Of a DNA stretch of 64,000 bases, positions 1-12,430 are shown piece by piece. Where the stretch lies: positions 28,520,001 to 28,584,000 of the forward strand of contig NC_043015.1 in the NCBI RefSeq assembly GCF_006345805.1, read 5' to 3'. Positions within the stretch are counted from its first letter, which is position 1, and each line of letters begins with the position of its first letter. The notes under the pieces are model-generated. The model was not told the origin of the DNA. It worked only from the letters and a program-made list of their open reading frames with translations, and ran no database searches. The stretch comes from Octopus sinensis (Eukaryota). The translations under genes and the position numbers were made by a program.

Positions 1-113
1 TTCCATGCTAGCATGGGTTGGACGGTTCAACTGGGGTCTGGCAAGCCCGAAGGCTGCACCAGGCCAGTCAGATCTGGCAGTGTTTCTACAGCTGGATGCC
101 CTTCCTAACGCCA
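1..113 (-). mobile_element. SINE fragment (family with (ATG)n tail)
   Basis: ccatgctagcatgggttggacggttc...ggatgcccttcctaacgcca recurs inside the SINE copies at 13930-14188 and 26590-26850, and in reverse at 22540-22705. Confidence 0.7.
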
Positions 114-134
114 ATATATATATATTTTTTTGGT

Positions 135-189
<55 letters not shown>

Positions 190-449
190 TATAAATACAC
201 ACACATGTACACACATATATACATACACACATATATATACATATATATATATATTGCACACACACATATATATATGTGTATATATATATATTATATATAT
301 ATGTGTATATATATATATACACATACATATATATGTGTATATATATATGTATATATACATACACACATATATATATGTGTATATATATATATATTTGCAC
401 ACACACATATATATATATTTATATATATATGTATATATATATGTATGGA

Positions 450-483
<34 letters not shown>

Positions 484-575
484 CACATATATGTGCACTA
501 TAAACTTATATATATATATGTGTACATACATATATATACATATATTTCTACACACCCACACACACACACATATAT
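114..575. repeat. degenerate (TA)n/(CA)n microsatellite
   Basis: direct reading; source of the spurious YI/HT-rich ORFs. Confidence 0.95.
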
Positions 576-1147
576 AAGTCAAGATTTTGCTTTAAGCATA
601 CAAGAGCAAACATACATAGCAAAAACAGATATCTGATATACAATAATAAATCACAGACTAGATTAACATAGATGAAAAACAAAGCAAAACAAAACTAAAA
701 AAAAAAAAAGAAAAAAAAAGAAAAGAAAAACCCCTAAAACAAATGAAAATCTGTCTGGAAGTCTTTCTAGTTTAGTAAATAAAGACATTTTGCTGTTTAG
801 TTAATTTTTTAGCCAGACTGCACAGGGAATTGTATTTTGAAATATATATAAATTCTTACAGGCAAAGTAATTTGAAGCAGAATTTTGAGAATCTTCTTAA
901 TTCAGCAAGTTACGATTTGTTAAATGTGAAATGTTTATATAAGGAAATAGCTTCTTTCTTTTCTTTTTTTTTTCTTTTTTTTTTTATATCTTCTATGGAA
1001 TGAATGTAAACAGATTTGTTCATAAATAAATACACTGAGGAATTACACTGGTAAAAAAAGTTCTGATGTACAGATATATCTAGCATATGATATTACTGTT
1101 ATAAGGTGCATATGGGTGTGTATATATATATAATATATATATATATG

Positions 1148-1297
1148 AGAAGAAATGAGGTACTCAGAAAATCAGATGGTTTATATTTGCAGATATTTAT
1201 TTGTATATTACATTTTTTATATATATCATATAACCATCCGATTTTCTGAGTACCTCATTTCTTCTAATATATATACCTGTACATCATCTCCAAACCT

Positions 1298-1335
<38 letters not shown>

Positions 1336-1750
1336 TTATCGTTTGTGGATTTGGTTTGCAAGATTCTTTATATGAGTTCATGTGTTGAAGCATATTCTGT
1401 TGTGTCTGGGGAGATTCATTCTCTTTTAGTACTTTATTATTTAACACACTCAGTAGCTTATTATTTAACTGAGTGTGTTAAATAATAAGGTACTAAAAGA
1501 GAATGACTCTCCCCAGACACAACAGTATATATATATATATATAACAAATAATAGAGATAGAAAATGTCACGAGCAACATACAGTATTAAAACCAAGCAAA
1601 ACATGTTTTAATACAGCATGATAAGGCATCAATCATATATATAAATACATATATATATTTAAAGGGGCTAAAAACCACTATGTGGTCAGCCGTATGCTAG
1701 AAGTAGATCACCATACGGCTGACCACATAGTGGTTTTTAGCCCTTTAAAT
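1148..1750. repeat. three consecutive inverted repeats (hairpins)
   Basis: arms ~1148-1181/1232-1265, ~1397-1454/1467-1525, ~1658-1697/1712-1750, each a near-perfect reverse complement. Confidence 0.85.
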
Positions 1751-1885
1751 ATACACATGTATTAGAATTTTCTCTGATTTTTCAGATTTTTGTATGCTAG
1801 GCTACTGGTTTTAAATTGATATTAATTAAATTAATATTCAATTTACCTCCCTCATTATTTAAATACATATATATATATACAATGT

Positions 1886-2205
1886 GGAGGCGCAATGGCC
1901 CAGTGGTTAGGGCAGCAGACTCACGGTTGTAGGATCGCGGTTTCGATTCCTAGACCGGGCATTGTGAGTGTTTATTGAGCGAAAACACCTAAAGCTTCAT
2001 GAGGCTCAGGCAGGGGGTGGTGGCGATCCCTGCTGTACTCTTTCGCTACAACTTTCTCTCACTCTTTTTTCTGTTGGCCTGCTCGCTTAGCCAGTGGGGT
2101 AGTGTCATCTGAAGGCTAAAACAATGCGAAGTGCATTGTGACCAGCGATGTGTAGCAACATCTTGTTAGCCTAGTCGGTCATAGTGATCACGGTGACCAC
2201 GGTAA
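1886..2205 (+). mobile_element. tRNA-derived SINE
   Basis: head ggaggcgcaatggcccagtggttagg (A box)...ggtttcgattcc (B box); short (cacggtga)-like tail repeat. Confidence 0.7.
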
Positions 2206-2382
2206 TTACTATTGAAATTGAGTTTGGTGTGAATCTATAAATTTGCCAAAGGTTTAAATTAAAATATGAAAAAGAGAGAAATGTATGAATTCTGTGGAAA
2301 GAGGAAAAATCTAAGAAATTGGTTATAAAACTACACAATACTTGTAAATGGTCCAGAAATTTTGCCAGTGACCAAGGGATTA

Positions 2383-2662
2383 ATCCATCCTTCTATCCAT
2401 CTATCCATCCATCCATCCATCTGCCTCTCCGTCGGTCCATCTGCTTGTCTGTCTGTCCATCTGCCTGTCCATCCATCCATCCATCCATCCACCTACCTAT
2501 ATACCTATTGACCTACCTACCTACCTACCTGCCTACCTACCTACCTACCTGTCTATGTATGTATGTATGTATGTATGTATGTATATATGTATGTATGTAT
2601 GTATGTATATATGTATGTGTGTATGTATGTATGCATGTATCTATCTATCCCTCCATCCATCC

Positions 2663-2694
<32 letters not shown>

Positions 2695-2754
2695 GTCCGT
2701 CCATCCATCCATCCATCCATCCATCCATCCATCCATCCATCCATCCATCCATCC

Positions 2755-2830
<76 letters not shown>

Positions 2831-2835
2831 GTCTA
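2383..2835. repeat. compound (ATCC)n/(ACCT)n/(ATGT)n/(ATCT)n microsatellite
   Basis: direct reading. Confidence 0.95.
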
Positions 2836-2948
2836 TACCACACATACACACACATACCTACAAATATTTGTACACATTAAACACACACACACAGACATGT
2901 GGATAGATTATATGATACACGAACACTCATTACAGAAGTTTTACATAC

Positions 2949-2998
2949 CTCCATCGTCACTTTTAAAATTGACTCAGCTCGGTCTGAATAATTGCAGT
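2949..2998 (-). CDS. TEX11: TEX11/ZIP4-like, visible exon 5 of 5: (D)CNYSDRAESILKVTME
   Basis: tttcag|ACTGC...ATGGAG|gtatgt; 50 nt, phase 1 to 0; aligns by eye to human WLDAGNFLIADECF region. Confidence 0.75.
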
Positions 2999-3196
2999 CT
3001 GAAATGATACAAATTCCTCATTATATATGTTTATGAAAACTACCATAATTATTAGAGTGGATTACAATTTGCAGCAATAAAAATTGTTAGACTAAATCAG
3101 CAGTTCTTGTATAGTGCCCCCACTTTTTACTAGTTGCTATGTCCAGCACCCAGCTATGTGGTGATTGAGGCATCATGACTTAACTAACTTTAACAT

Positions 3197-3592
3197 ACTC
3201 TTTTACTTGTTTCAGTCATTTGACTGTGGCCATGCTGGAGCACCGCCTTTAATCGAGCAACTCGACCCCGGGACTTATTCTTTTGTAAGCCCAGTACTTA
3301 TTCTATCGGTCTCTTTTGCCGAACCGCTAAGTTACGGGGACATAAACACACCAGCATCGGTTGTCAAGCAATGCTAGGGGACAAACACAGACCCCCACAC
3401 ACGCATATATCTATATATATACATATATACGATGGGCTTCTTTCAGTTTCCGTCTACCAAATCCACTCACAAGGCTTTGGTCGGCCCGAGGCTATAGTAG
3501 AAGACACTTGCCCAAGGTGCCACGCAGTGGGACTGAACCCGGAACCATGTGGTTGGTAGACAAGCTACTTACCACACAGCCACTCCTGCGCC
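3197..3592 (-). mobile_element. full-length tRNA-derived SINE (most abundant family here)
   Basis: head aggcgcaggagtggctgtgtggtaag...ggttcagtccc, central CA/TA repeat, (aaaagag)-type tail; more than 12 copies in the window. Confidence 0.85.
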
Positions 3593-3669
3593 TATGGATG
3601 ATAATTTATAAATTTTACTCTAAAAATAGATTGTATAAGCTTTTAACAGTGAAATGATAAAAAAAAATT

Positions 3670-4161
3670 AAGGTGTGGCTGTGTGGTAAGAAGCTTGCTT
3701 CCCAACCACATGGTTCCGAGTTCAGTCCCACTGTGTAGCGCCTTGGGCAAGTGACATCTGCTATAGACTTGGGCGAACCAAGGCCTTGTGAGTGGATTTA
3801 GTAGATGGAAACTGAAAGAAGCCTGTCATGTATATGGAGGAGGAGACCCCCTTCAGTCACGACACAGACCATGGGATTGCACCTAGAAAGTTACCCTCCT
3901 AGACACAAGTCCGGGCGAGGTTGTTTATGGAAGACCAGCAGTCGCCCATGCATACCAGCCTCCCCTCTCCACGCCACCAGTGTTATCCAAGGGAAAGACA
4001 AAGGTCGATACAGCTTGGCACCAGTGACGTCGCAACTCATTTCTACAGCTGAGTGAACTGGAGCAACGTGAAATAAAGTGCCTTGCAGTCCGGTCCGGGA
4101 TTCGAGCTCACAACCTCACGATCGTAAGCTCAATGCTCTAACCACTGAGCCATGCACCTTC

Positions 4162-4165
<4 letters not shown>
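3670..4165. mobile_element. SINE 5' part (+) abutting a second SINE family (-)
   Basis: gtggctgtgtggtaag head at ~3675; 3845-4165 matches the copies at 20695-21030 and 61670-62010. Confidence 0.7.
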
Positions 4166-4200
<35 letters not shown>

Positions 4201-4309
4201 TGTGTCTGTGTTTGTCACCCCATCATTACTTGACAACCAATAGAGGCCAATAGAATAAGTACTAGGCTTACAAAGAATAAGTCAACATACACAAGAGCTG
4301 GCCAGGCTG

Positions 4310-4690
4310 AAGCCTGCACCAGACTTCTGTGTCTGATTTGGCAGGATTTTTACAGCTGGATGCCCTTCCTAACACCAACCACTCAGCAGAGTGGACTTAG
4401 TGCATTTTACATAGCACAAACACAGGTGTGGTGAGTAGTGCTCTTTATGTGGCACAAGCACAGGTAAGGTCAGTTTTGGCAAGGTCTTTACAGCTGGATG
4501 CTCTTCCTAACACCAACCACTCAGCAGAGTGGGCTTAGTGCGTTTTACATAGCACAAACGCAGGTGTGGTGAGTAGTGCTCTTTATGTGGCACAAGCACA
4601 GGTGAGGTCAGATTTGGCAAGGTTTTTACAGTTGGATGCCCTTCCGAACACCAACCACTTTATAGTGTGGACTGGGGGATTTTAAGTGGC
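4310..4690. repeat. tandem triplication (~140 bp) of a SINE segment
   Basis: tacagctggatgcccttcctaacaccaaccac occurs three times at ~140 bp spacing. Confidence 0.75.
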
Positions 4691-4856
4691 ACCTGCACTG
4701 ACAGGGTCACCAAGTACTTGCAAGACATTAAAAAAAAAATCTCATGGGTGACCCTCTGATGGATTGGTATCCAACTCTAGGGGAATTTTGTGATCCCAGT
4801 CCCTTATAAACCATGGAAACCAGGTAATTAGCCCTGTGAGCCTTAGGGTTTAAGAC

Positions 4857-4996
4857 AGTACTTTTCTTTTCATTTAGTGTTACTTCAAGAAGGTTTGACT
4901 GCTATTTCTACTATGTGAAACACAAGTACTTTTCTTTTCATTTAGTGTTACTTCAAGAAGGTTTGACTGCTATTTCTACTATGTGAAACACAAGTA
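4857..4996. repeat. tandem duplication of ~69 bp
   Basis: gtacttttcttttcatttagtg...gtgaaacacaagta twice. Confidence 0.9.
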
Positions 4997-5300
4997 ACTC
5001 AAAAACAAAGCAACAACTCTGTTGTTGGCTTGCAGGAAGTTAATCTTCGGAGCAAGTCACTTTGTCAGTAAGTCATTAATATCTACTTTATCAAATAACA
5101 TACAAATATATGCTGATTTAATACCTCATGTATTATTTGTTATATTTGACATGAGCTAGACTATAATTTTAAGTAACTTTCATTTTCCCGTGATAGTTAG
5201 TGACATTGATCAACTAATTTTCTTTCAAAAGAAAAAGAAAAAAAAATTGAAAGAAAGAAGTAATCTTTGTATGAAGACAAAATTGTTTATTTCAACTTAC

Positions 5301-5331
5301 CTAGCCAAGATCGTATAGTTTTCAGTCCCAT
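5301..5331 (-). CDS. TEX11: TEX11/ZIP4-like, visible exon 4: MGLKTIRSWL(D)
   Basis: tttcag|ATGGGA...GGCTAG|gtaagt; 31 nt, phase 0 to 1; cf. human MNMRIGKEWLD. Confidence 0.75.
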
Positions 5332-5723
5332 CTGAAATTTTATATATTGATTAAATATTGATATTAATTACTAATGTCCAAAGGTTATTAACTCGGAATG
5401 ATAACTTACTGCACGAGAGGGAAAACTTTTGATGTATAAAAATATACTCAGTCTTAATATATCAGAATTTGGAGTTAAAACAAAGAGTGAAATGTTTGCT
5501 TTGAGAAATGAGAGATTGTAAGTTCAAATTTTGCCTTTGACTCAGAATTCTTGTACAAAATTAAATATGTTTACTTGTATGAAATTTTAGTTGCTACTAG
5601 ATAGATAGTGGACATTGGTTTAACAAAAATAAATTTTGCATTGGTAATCTGGGTTTTATATTATTAACATAAAAGCATGAGTTAAAAAATCATAATAATA
5701 GTATTATATCATCACCACCACTC

Positions 5724-6216
5724 TGTGTATGCATGTGAGTGTGTGTGTGTATGTGTGTGTGTGTGAGTGTGTGCATGTGTGTGTGTGTATGTGTGTATGT
5801 GTATGTATGCGTGTGTGTGTATGCATGTGTGTGTGTGTGTATGCATGTGTGTGTGTGTGTGTGTGTGTGTGTATGCATGTGTGTGTATGTGTGTATGTGT
5901 ATGTATGCGTGTGTGTGTATGCATGTGTGTGTGTGTATGCATGTGTGTGTATGTGTGTGTGTGTATGTATGCGTGTGTGTGTATGCAGTGTGTGTGTGTG
6001 TGTATGCATGTGTGTGTGTGTATGTGTGTGTGTGTATGCATGTGTGTGTGTGTGTATGTGTATATGCATGTGTGTGTGTATGCATGTGTGTGTATGCATG
6101 TGTGTGTGTGTGTATGCATGTGTGTGTATGTGTGTGTATGCATGTGTATGTGTGTGTATGCATGTGTGTGTGTATGCATGTGTGTGTGTGTGTGTGTATG
6201 CGTGTGTGTGTGTATG

Positions 6217-6251
<35 letters not shown>

Positions 6252-6266
6252 ATGTGTATGTGTGTA
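5724..6266. repeat. (TG)n/(TATGCATG) microsatellite
   Basis: direct reading. Confidence 0.95.
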
Positions 6267-6268
6267 TA

Positions 6269-8538
6269 TTGGGTTGGCAAGAAAGTAATTTCGATGTTTC
6301 AGTGTGAAATAAAAGGTTTTTTTTTCATACAAAGAAAGAACTTGAACCAATTATATATTTTCCATTTTGTTCGATGACCTTTTGCCATCTTTCTGGCAAC
6401 TTCATGATTCCGTGCTCATAGAACTTAGCGGTTCGGCAAAAGAGACCGATAGAATAAGTACTGGGCTTACAAAGAATAAGTCCCGGGGTCGATTTGCTCG
6501 ACTAAAGGCGGTGCTCCAGCATGGCCGCAGTCAAATGACTGAAACAAGTAAAAGATAAAAGATAAAGAAGAAGAACTTCTGGTTCTTATCAGGCAAAAAC
6601 TGAAGCAAGTGTGATTTCAGGTCATCGTCATTATTGAAAGTTTTACCATTCAAAGGATTTTGCAAACTTCAAAATAAATGGTAATCTGATGGTGCAAGGT
6701 TAGGGGCTGCATGGTGGATGTGACATCACTTCCCAACCAAGCTCCAGTAATTTTTCATGAGTTACCAAAGATATGTGTCGTCTACCATTGTCATGGTGGA
6801 ATACGATTCCATTACATTTTGCCAATTCTGGCCATTTTTCTTTGATTGCTTCCTCCAGTTTCATTAGTTGTTGACAGTAAACATCTGAATTTATTGTTTA
6901 CTTCCTTGGAAGCAGCTCAAAATACACAAAACCTTTATTAATCTCACCAAATTGACAGCATAACTGTTTTTTGATGCAATTCAGCTTTCGATGTAGTTTA
7001 TGCTGGTTCATTACACTTGGACCATGATTCGTTTGCAATTGATGTTATTGTAGACAATCCATTTCTCATCACCAATGATGATTCGTTTCAAAACAAGGTC
7101 AATTTCATTGCGCTTGAGATGCATATCACAAATCTCTTTACTCTTTACTCTTTTACTTGTTTCAGTCATTTGACTGCGGCCATACTGGAGCACCGCCTTT
7201 AGTCGAGCAACTCGACCCCGGAACTTATTCTTTGTAAGCCCAGTACTTATTCTATCGGTCTCTTTTGCCGAACCGCTAAGTGACGGGGATGTAAACACAC
7301 CAGCATTGGTTGTCAAGCAATGCTAGGGGGACAAACACAGACACACAAACATATATATATATACATATATACGACAGGCTTCTTTCGGTTTCCGTCTACC
7401 AAATCCACTCACAAGGCATTGGTCGGCCCGGGGCTATAGCAGAAGACACTTGCCCAAGGTGCCACGCAGTGGGACTGAACCCGGAACCATGTGGTTGGTA
7501 ACAAGCTACTTACCACACAGCCACTCCTGCACCTATTGCTTCCTCCAGTTTCATTCGTTGTTGATAAAAAACATCTAAATTTATCGTTTACTTCCTTGGA
7601 AGCAGCTCAAAATACACAACACTTTTGTAATCCCACCAAATTGACAGCATAACCATTTTTTGATGCAATTCAGGTTACGATGTGGTTTGTGCTGGTTCAT
7701 TACACTTGGACCATGATCGTTTTCAATTGATGTTATTGTAGACAATCCAGGAATTACAACCGTGTTTCGTGATCTGCTACCACAACAGCTCCTTTATAGG
7801 ATCCAGTTAGCTCAAGACATCATCAGGAGGAACCACGTCTGGTTTCGGCCCCTACTCCTCTACCGTTTTGACGTGGCGGGGCCCCACCTTTCGGAGGTGT
7901 CTTCAGCTCATCACCAGCGATGATTCAAAACAAGGTCGATTTCATTGCGCTTGAGATGCATATCGCAAATATCGATTCATTGTGTTAATTGAATCTCTTT
8001 CAATTTATGGGGAATCAAAATATCGAGCTTCTTAACAAGTCCAAGTCATTTTAAGTGATTTTCAATTGTTGTGTGTGATACATTTAGCCTCTCTGCAATC
8101 TCTCGCACCGTTATATGACAATCAGATTCAATTATGGCTTTGATTCAGTCATCATCAAGTTCAGTAAGTTGACCAGAATGTTGATCATCTTTCAGTGAAA
8201 AATCTCCAGAACGGAATTTTTAAAACCATTTCTGACATGTGCTTTCTGTTAAGCAATCAACACCTTAAACTTCACATATCTCATCGTGAGTCTTAGCAGC
8301 TTTTCTTACCTTTTATGGAAATAAAAAGCAAAATATGGCAAAAATGTTCCATGTTAATATTGACACTGAACTAATAGCTGTAAAGAAAATTAGGTGCAGT
8401 TTGCTTCTAAAGTAAGATAAAAGTAACAGCTATCAAATGTCAAAAGGAAAAAAAAAATCATAACATTGACAAAAGTTATTCAAAAAATTCTTACTCTATC
8501 TATTTGTGAAAAACAACAGTACTTTCTTGCCAACCCAA
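6269..8538 (-). mobile_element. decayed mariner (Tc1/mariner) transposon with nested insertions
   Basis: TA + TTGGGTTGGCAAGAAAGT ... ACTTTCTTGCCAACCCAA + TA; minus-strand remnants IIIGDEKWIVYNN and HPPCSPNLAPSDYHLF; SINEs at ~6420-6565 and ~7135-7535; internal duplication of ~215 bp. Confidence 0.9.
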
Positions 8539-8873
8539 TACATGTGTGTGTGTGTGTATGTATATATATATATGTAACAATAATCAATTCCTAATGCATA
8601 CACACACACACACACATACACTCACATCCACAAACACACACATGCACACACACACACACGTGCACACACACATACATACACATATAAACGTGTAGATTCC
8701 AGCCTGTAGGTCTGATGAGGCGCCTATATGGCTAAATGCAATAACAGACATGAAATCTATGGTGACTTTCTGACTGGCCATAACAACACCTACATAATAT
8801 ATATATATATATATATACAAATAATTCCAATAAAAAGTTAACAGTAACTGAATAAAACTGGAATTTTACGAAC

Positions 8874-8953
8874 CATGCATAATTTTCTTAGAGTGACTTC
8901 ATCTGATGTGTTACTGTTACAAAAATGTACCATCTTAAAAGATAAATTCCTCA
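8874..8953 (-). CDS. TEX11: TEX11/ZIP4-like, visible exon 3: (L)RNLSFKMVHFCNSNTSDEVTLRKLCM
   Basis: ttttacag|TGAGG...TGCATG|gttcgt; 80 nt, phase 1 to 0; cf. human [27 protein letters not shown]. Confidence 0.72.
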
Positions 8954-9019
8954 CTGTAAAAGACCAATTCAGTTAAGAAATATCAAAAACATCATTTTTA
9001 CATCAATATATATTCGTTT

Positions 9020-9675
9020 CTACTATAGGCACAAGGCCTGAAATATTTGGGTAGGGGAGGGGGAAGTTGATTAGATCGACCCCAGTACGCAACTGGTATT
9101 TAATTTATATCGACCCCGAAAGGATGAAAGGCAAAGCCAACCTTGGTAGTATTTGAGCTCAGAATGTAAAAAAACAGATGAAATACCTATTTCTTTACTA
9201 TCCACAAGGGGCTAAACACAGAGGGGACAAACAAGGACAGACAAATGGATTAAGTTGATTATATCGACCCCAGTGCATAACTGGTACTTAATTTATCGAC
9301 CTCGAAAGGATGAAAGGCAAAGCCAACCTTGGTAGTATTTGAGCTCAGAATGTAAAAAAACAGATGAAATACCTATTTCTGTACTATCCACAAGGGGCTA
9401 AACACAGAGGGGACAAACAAGGACAGACAAATGGATTAAGTTGATTATATCGACCCCAGTGCATAACTGGTACTTAATTTATCAACCTCGAAAGGATGAA
9501 AGGCAAAGTCAACCTCGGCGGAATTTGAACTCAGAACGTAACGGCAGACGAAATATGGCTACGCATTTTGCCCGGTGTGCTAACATTTCTGCCAGCTCGC
9601 TGCCTTAGACAGATGAAAAACCATTAAGCATTTTGCCTGGTGTGCTAATGTTTCTGCCAGCTCGCTGCCTTTACC
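9020..9675 (-). mobile_element. SINE cluster with internal ~183 bp tandem duplication
   Basis: cgaaaggatgaaaggcaaag occurs three times; reverse complement of the SINE at 15530-15750. Confidence 0.75.
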
Positions 9676-10066
9676 TCAATATATATTATAACAATAAATG
9701 ATATTTGACCGGCCGAGAACTGGGAAGCCAGAAGGCTGCACCAGGCTCCAGTCTGATCTGGCAGTGTTTGTACAGTTAGGAAGGGCATCCAGCTGTAGAA
9801 ACACTGCCAGATCAGACTGGAGCCTGGTGCAGCCTCCTGTCTTCCCAGTTCCCAGTCAAACCATCCAACCCATGCTAGCATTGAAAACGGACGTTAAATG
9901 ATGATGATGATTTTCACTCTCGTTTAGAATTATGAAAGCTTATCCCCTATGTGATATCATTTTCTTTTGGTATATTAGTATTTATTACTTTAGAAATGCT
10001 TAAGATAATAAAATAGCATATTTCTTTTTAGGCTGTAGGTCACATTGATTCTGTTGTTGTTCTACA

Positions 10067-10487
10067 CAGGCACAGGAGTGGCTGTGTGGTAAGTAGCTTG
10101 TTTACCAACCACATGGTTCCGGGTTCAGTCCCACTGCATGGCACCTTGGGCAAGTGTCTTCTACTATAGCCTTGGGCCGACCAAAGCCTTGTGAGTGGAT
10201 TTGGTAGACGGAAACTGAAAGAAGCCCGTCGTATATATGTATATATATATGTATATATGCGTGTGTGTGTGTTTGTGTGTCTGTGTTTGTCCCCCTAGCA
10301 TTGCTTGACAACCGATGCTGGTGGGTTTACATCCCCGTCACTTAGCGGTTCGGCAAAAGAGACCGATAGAATAAGTACTGGGCTTACAAAAGAATAAGTC
10401 CCGGGGTCGAGTTGCTCGATTAAAGGCAGTGCTCCAGCATGGCCGCAGTCAAATGACTGAAACAAGTAAAAGAAAGAGAGAGAGAGT
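10067..10487 (+). mobile_element. full-length SINE
   Basis: same family as 3197-3592. Confidence 0.85.
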
Positions 10488-10734
10488 ACAGGTACTTTGT
10501 AATGATTTTTGTGATCCTTTTCCAGAGAGCCATAAGACTTAAGATTTTAGAGAAAGGAGTGAACCAGGGGTATGTCTTTTACAATAATACAGCCAAAATA
10601 AACAGAGGGAAGTAACAACAAATAAGAATAAAAATTTAGATGCTGAATCAGCTTACTGATTGCTTATTTTCTATTCTATGGTACTTAGCTGGCCAATTTA
10701 TATTAATTAGAGTAAAGCTGAAACCGAAACTCAC

Positions 10735-10819
10735 ATTTTGCATTAGCTGCTGTTGAGAGCTGGCCTCCAAATTTAGACGATACAGCATGATTCCACAATG
10801 AGACGGATGAAGATTCCAG
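10735..10819 (-). CDS. TEX11: TEX11/ZIP4-like, visible exon 2: LESSSVSLWNHAVSSKFGGQLSTAANAK
   Basis: tttctag|CTGGAA...GCAAAAT|gtgagt; 85 nt, phase 0 to 1; carries the LWNxA motif (human IEEMAVNLWNWA). Confidence 0.78.
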
Positions 10820-10931
10820 CTAGAAATATAAAAGTAATAATAAAGAATAGTTTGCATCATATTTTAATAGATTGTGGTGACACACAAGTCGGCGAGTTGG
10901 CAGAATTGCTAGCATGTTGGGCGAAGTGCTT

Positions 10932-11320
10932 ACTCTTTTTACTCTTTTTACTTGTTTCAGTCATTTGACTGAGGCCATGCTGGAGCACCGCTTTAGTCGA
11001 GCAAATCGACCCTGGGACTTATTCTTTTTGTAAGCCCAGTACTTATTCTATCGGTCTCTTTTGCCGAACTGCTAAGTGACGGGGACGTAAACACACCAGT
11101 ATCAGTTGTCAAGCAATGCTAGGGGGACAAACACAGATACACAAAACACACCCACATATAATATATATATATATACGACAGGCTTCTTTCAGTTGCCTCT
11201 ACCAAATCCACTCCAATCTTCTATAGCAGAAGACACTTGCCCAAGATGCCACGCAGTGGGCTGAACCCGGAACCATGTGGTTGGTTAGCAAGCTACTTAC
11301 CACACAGCCACTCCTGTGCT
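10932..11320 (-). mobile_element. SINE
   Basis: same family as 3197-3592. Confidence 0.8.
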
Positions 11321-12248
11321 TAGCAGCACTTTGGCTTTATGCTTTGAGTTCAGATTCTTCCAGGGTTGACATCTTTCAGTGTCAGTATAGTAAGTACCAG
11401 TCGAGCACTGGGATCATTGTTATTGACTTATCCCCTCCCCCTGAAATTACTAGCTGTGTGTCAAAATCTGAAACCCATTAAATTACGGTAAAACAGAATT
11501 TAACCAAAATACTTTTACAATTTGTTTATTAATAAGCAATTATGTTATTATACATTAGAATAAATTAGAACCATCCTTGTATTCATTTGCATAACAATTT
11601 AATAAAATTAGCTTATACTGCATAACCAGCCCCAGCTCATCACATAACCAGCCCCAGTCTATTGATCTCACATCTTGGATGGTGGTGCTGCTGCTACTGT
11701 ACACAGATATCTTGGAGTACATTCAGTAAGGGGCCACCAGACTGACTGGCATAAAAGAGTCATTCACAGATATACTCCAGTCTCTGCCTACAAGTGTACT
11801 GTGTCCTCTCTCTCTACCTTTTCTGGTGATACTATAATGGCCTCTGCTCCTCAGAGCTTGCTGGGTTCATTTCCCCTTCACTTAGACATTCCTTTTTTCT
11901 ACTTGCCTTTCCTTCTCATACTCCCCTTGTTGTGTCCAACTCCTCAGGCCTACACCTAGTTCTTCCTTTCTAGAATGTAGGATCTCAGAAATTCCTTCTC
12001 TGTCTATGCCTTTCTTGAAGATGTTGACTTGCAAAGTTTCAAGAACATTATTGGCATCAATCTCACTAGTTTTGGAGGGTTGGCACAGGCTCTTCCTCCA
12101 TGAAAGGCAAAAAACAAAACAAAAAAACAAAAAACAAAAACAAAACCCCAAAAATAACAACAAAGAAAAAAAAAACAGACAAACAGGAATGCTGCATTTA
12201 AAACTCCAAATAGTTAATAGAAAATAATAATTAAAATATTATTCTTAC

Positions 12249-12373
12249 ATGTAATTTGTCTTGTTTACTCAAATCTGAACCTTCTATGCAGTCACATAGC
12301 TCTAAAGCCTTTTCAATGTGATTAAACCATTCCACATTAGTTTCAGGTAGACGACAAATTTCACCAGTGAGAG
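12249..12373 (-). CDS. TEX11: TEX11/ZIP4-like, visible exon 1: xLTGEICRLPETNVEWFNHIEKALELCDCIEGSDLSKQDKLH
   Basis: ttaaag|CTCTCA...TTACAT|gtaaga; 125 nt, phase 1 to 0, in frame with the next exon; start exon not seen. Confidence 0.7.
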
Positions 12374-12430
12374 CTTTAATAAAGAAATATATATATAAAG
12401 AAACAAGTAAAAACAAGAAAAAAAATTATA

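Noticed and set aside
800-960. Possible further TEX11-like exon ending at a gtaaga donor (~850)
   Set aside because: No convincing acceptor with an open frame matching the expected continuation
5-6377. Long YI/HT/CV/SIHP-rich ORFs
   Set aside because: Translations of microsatellites that lack stop codons
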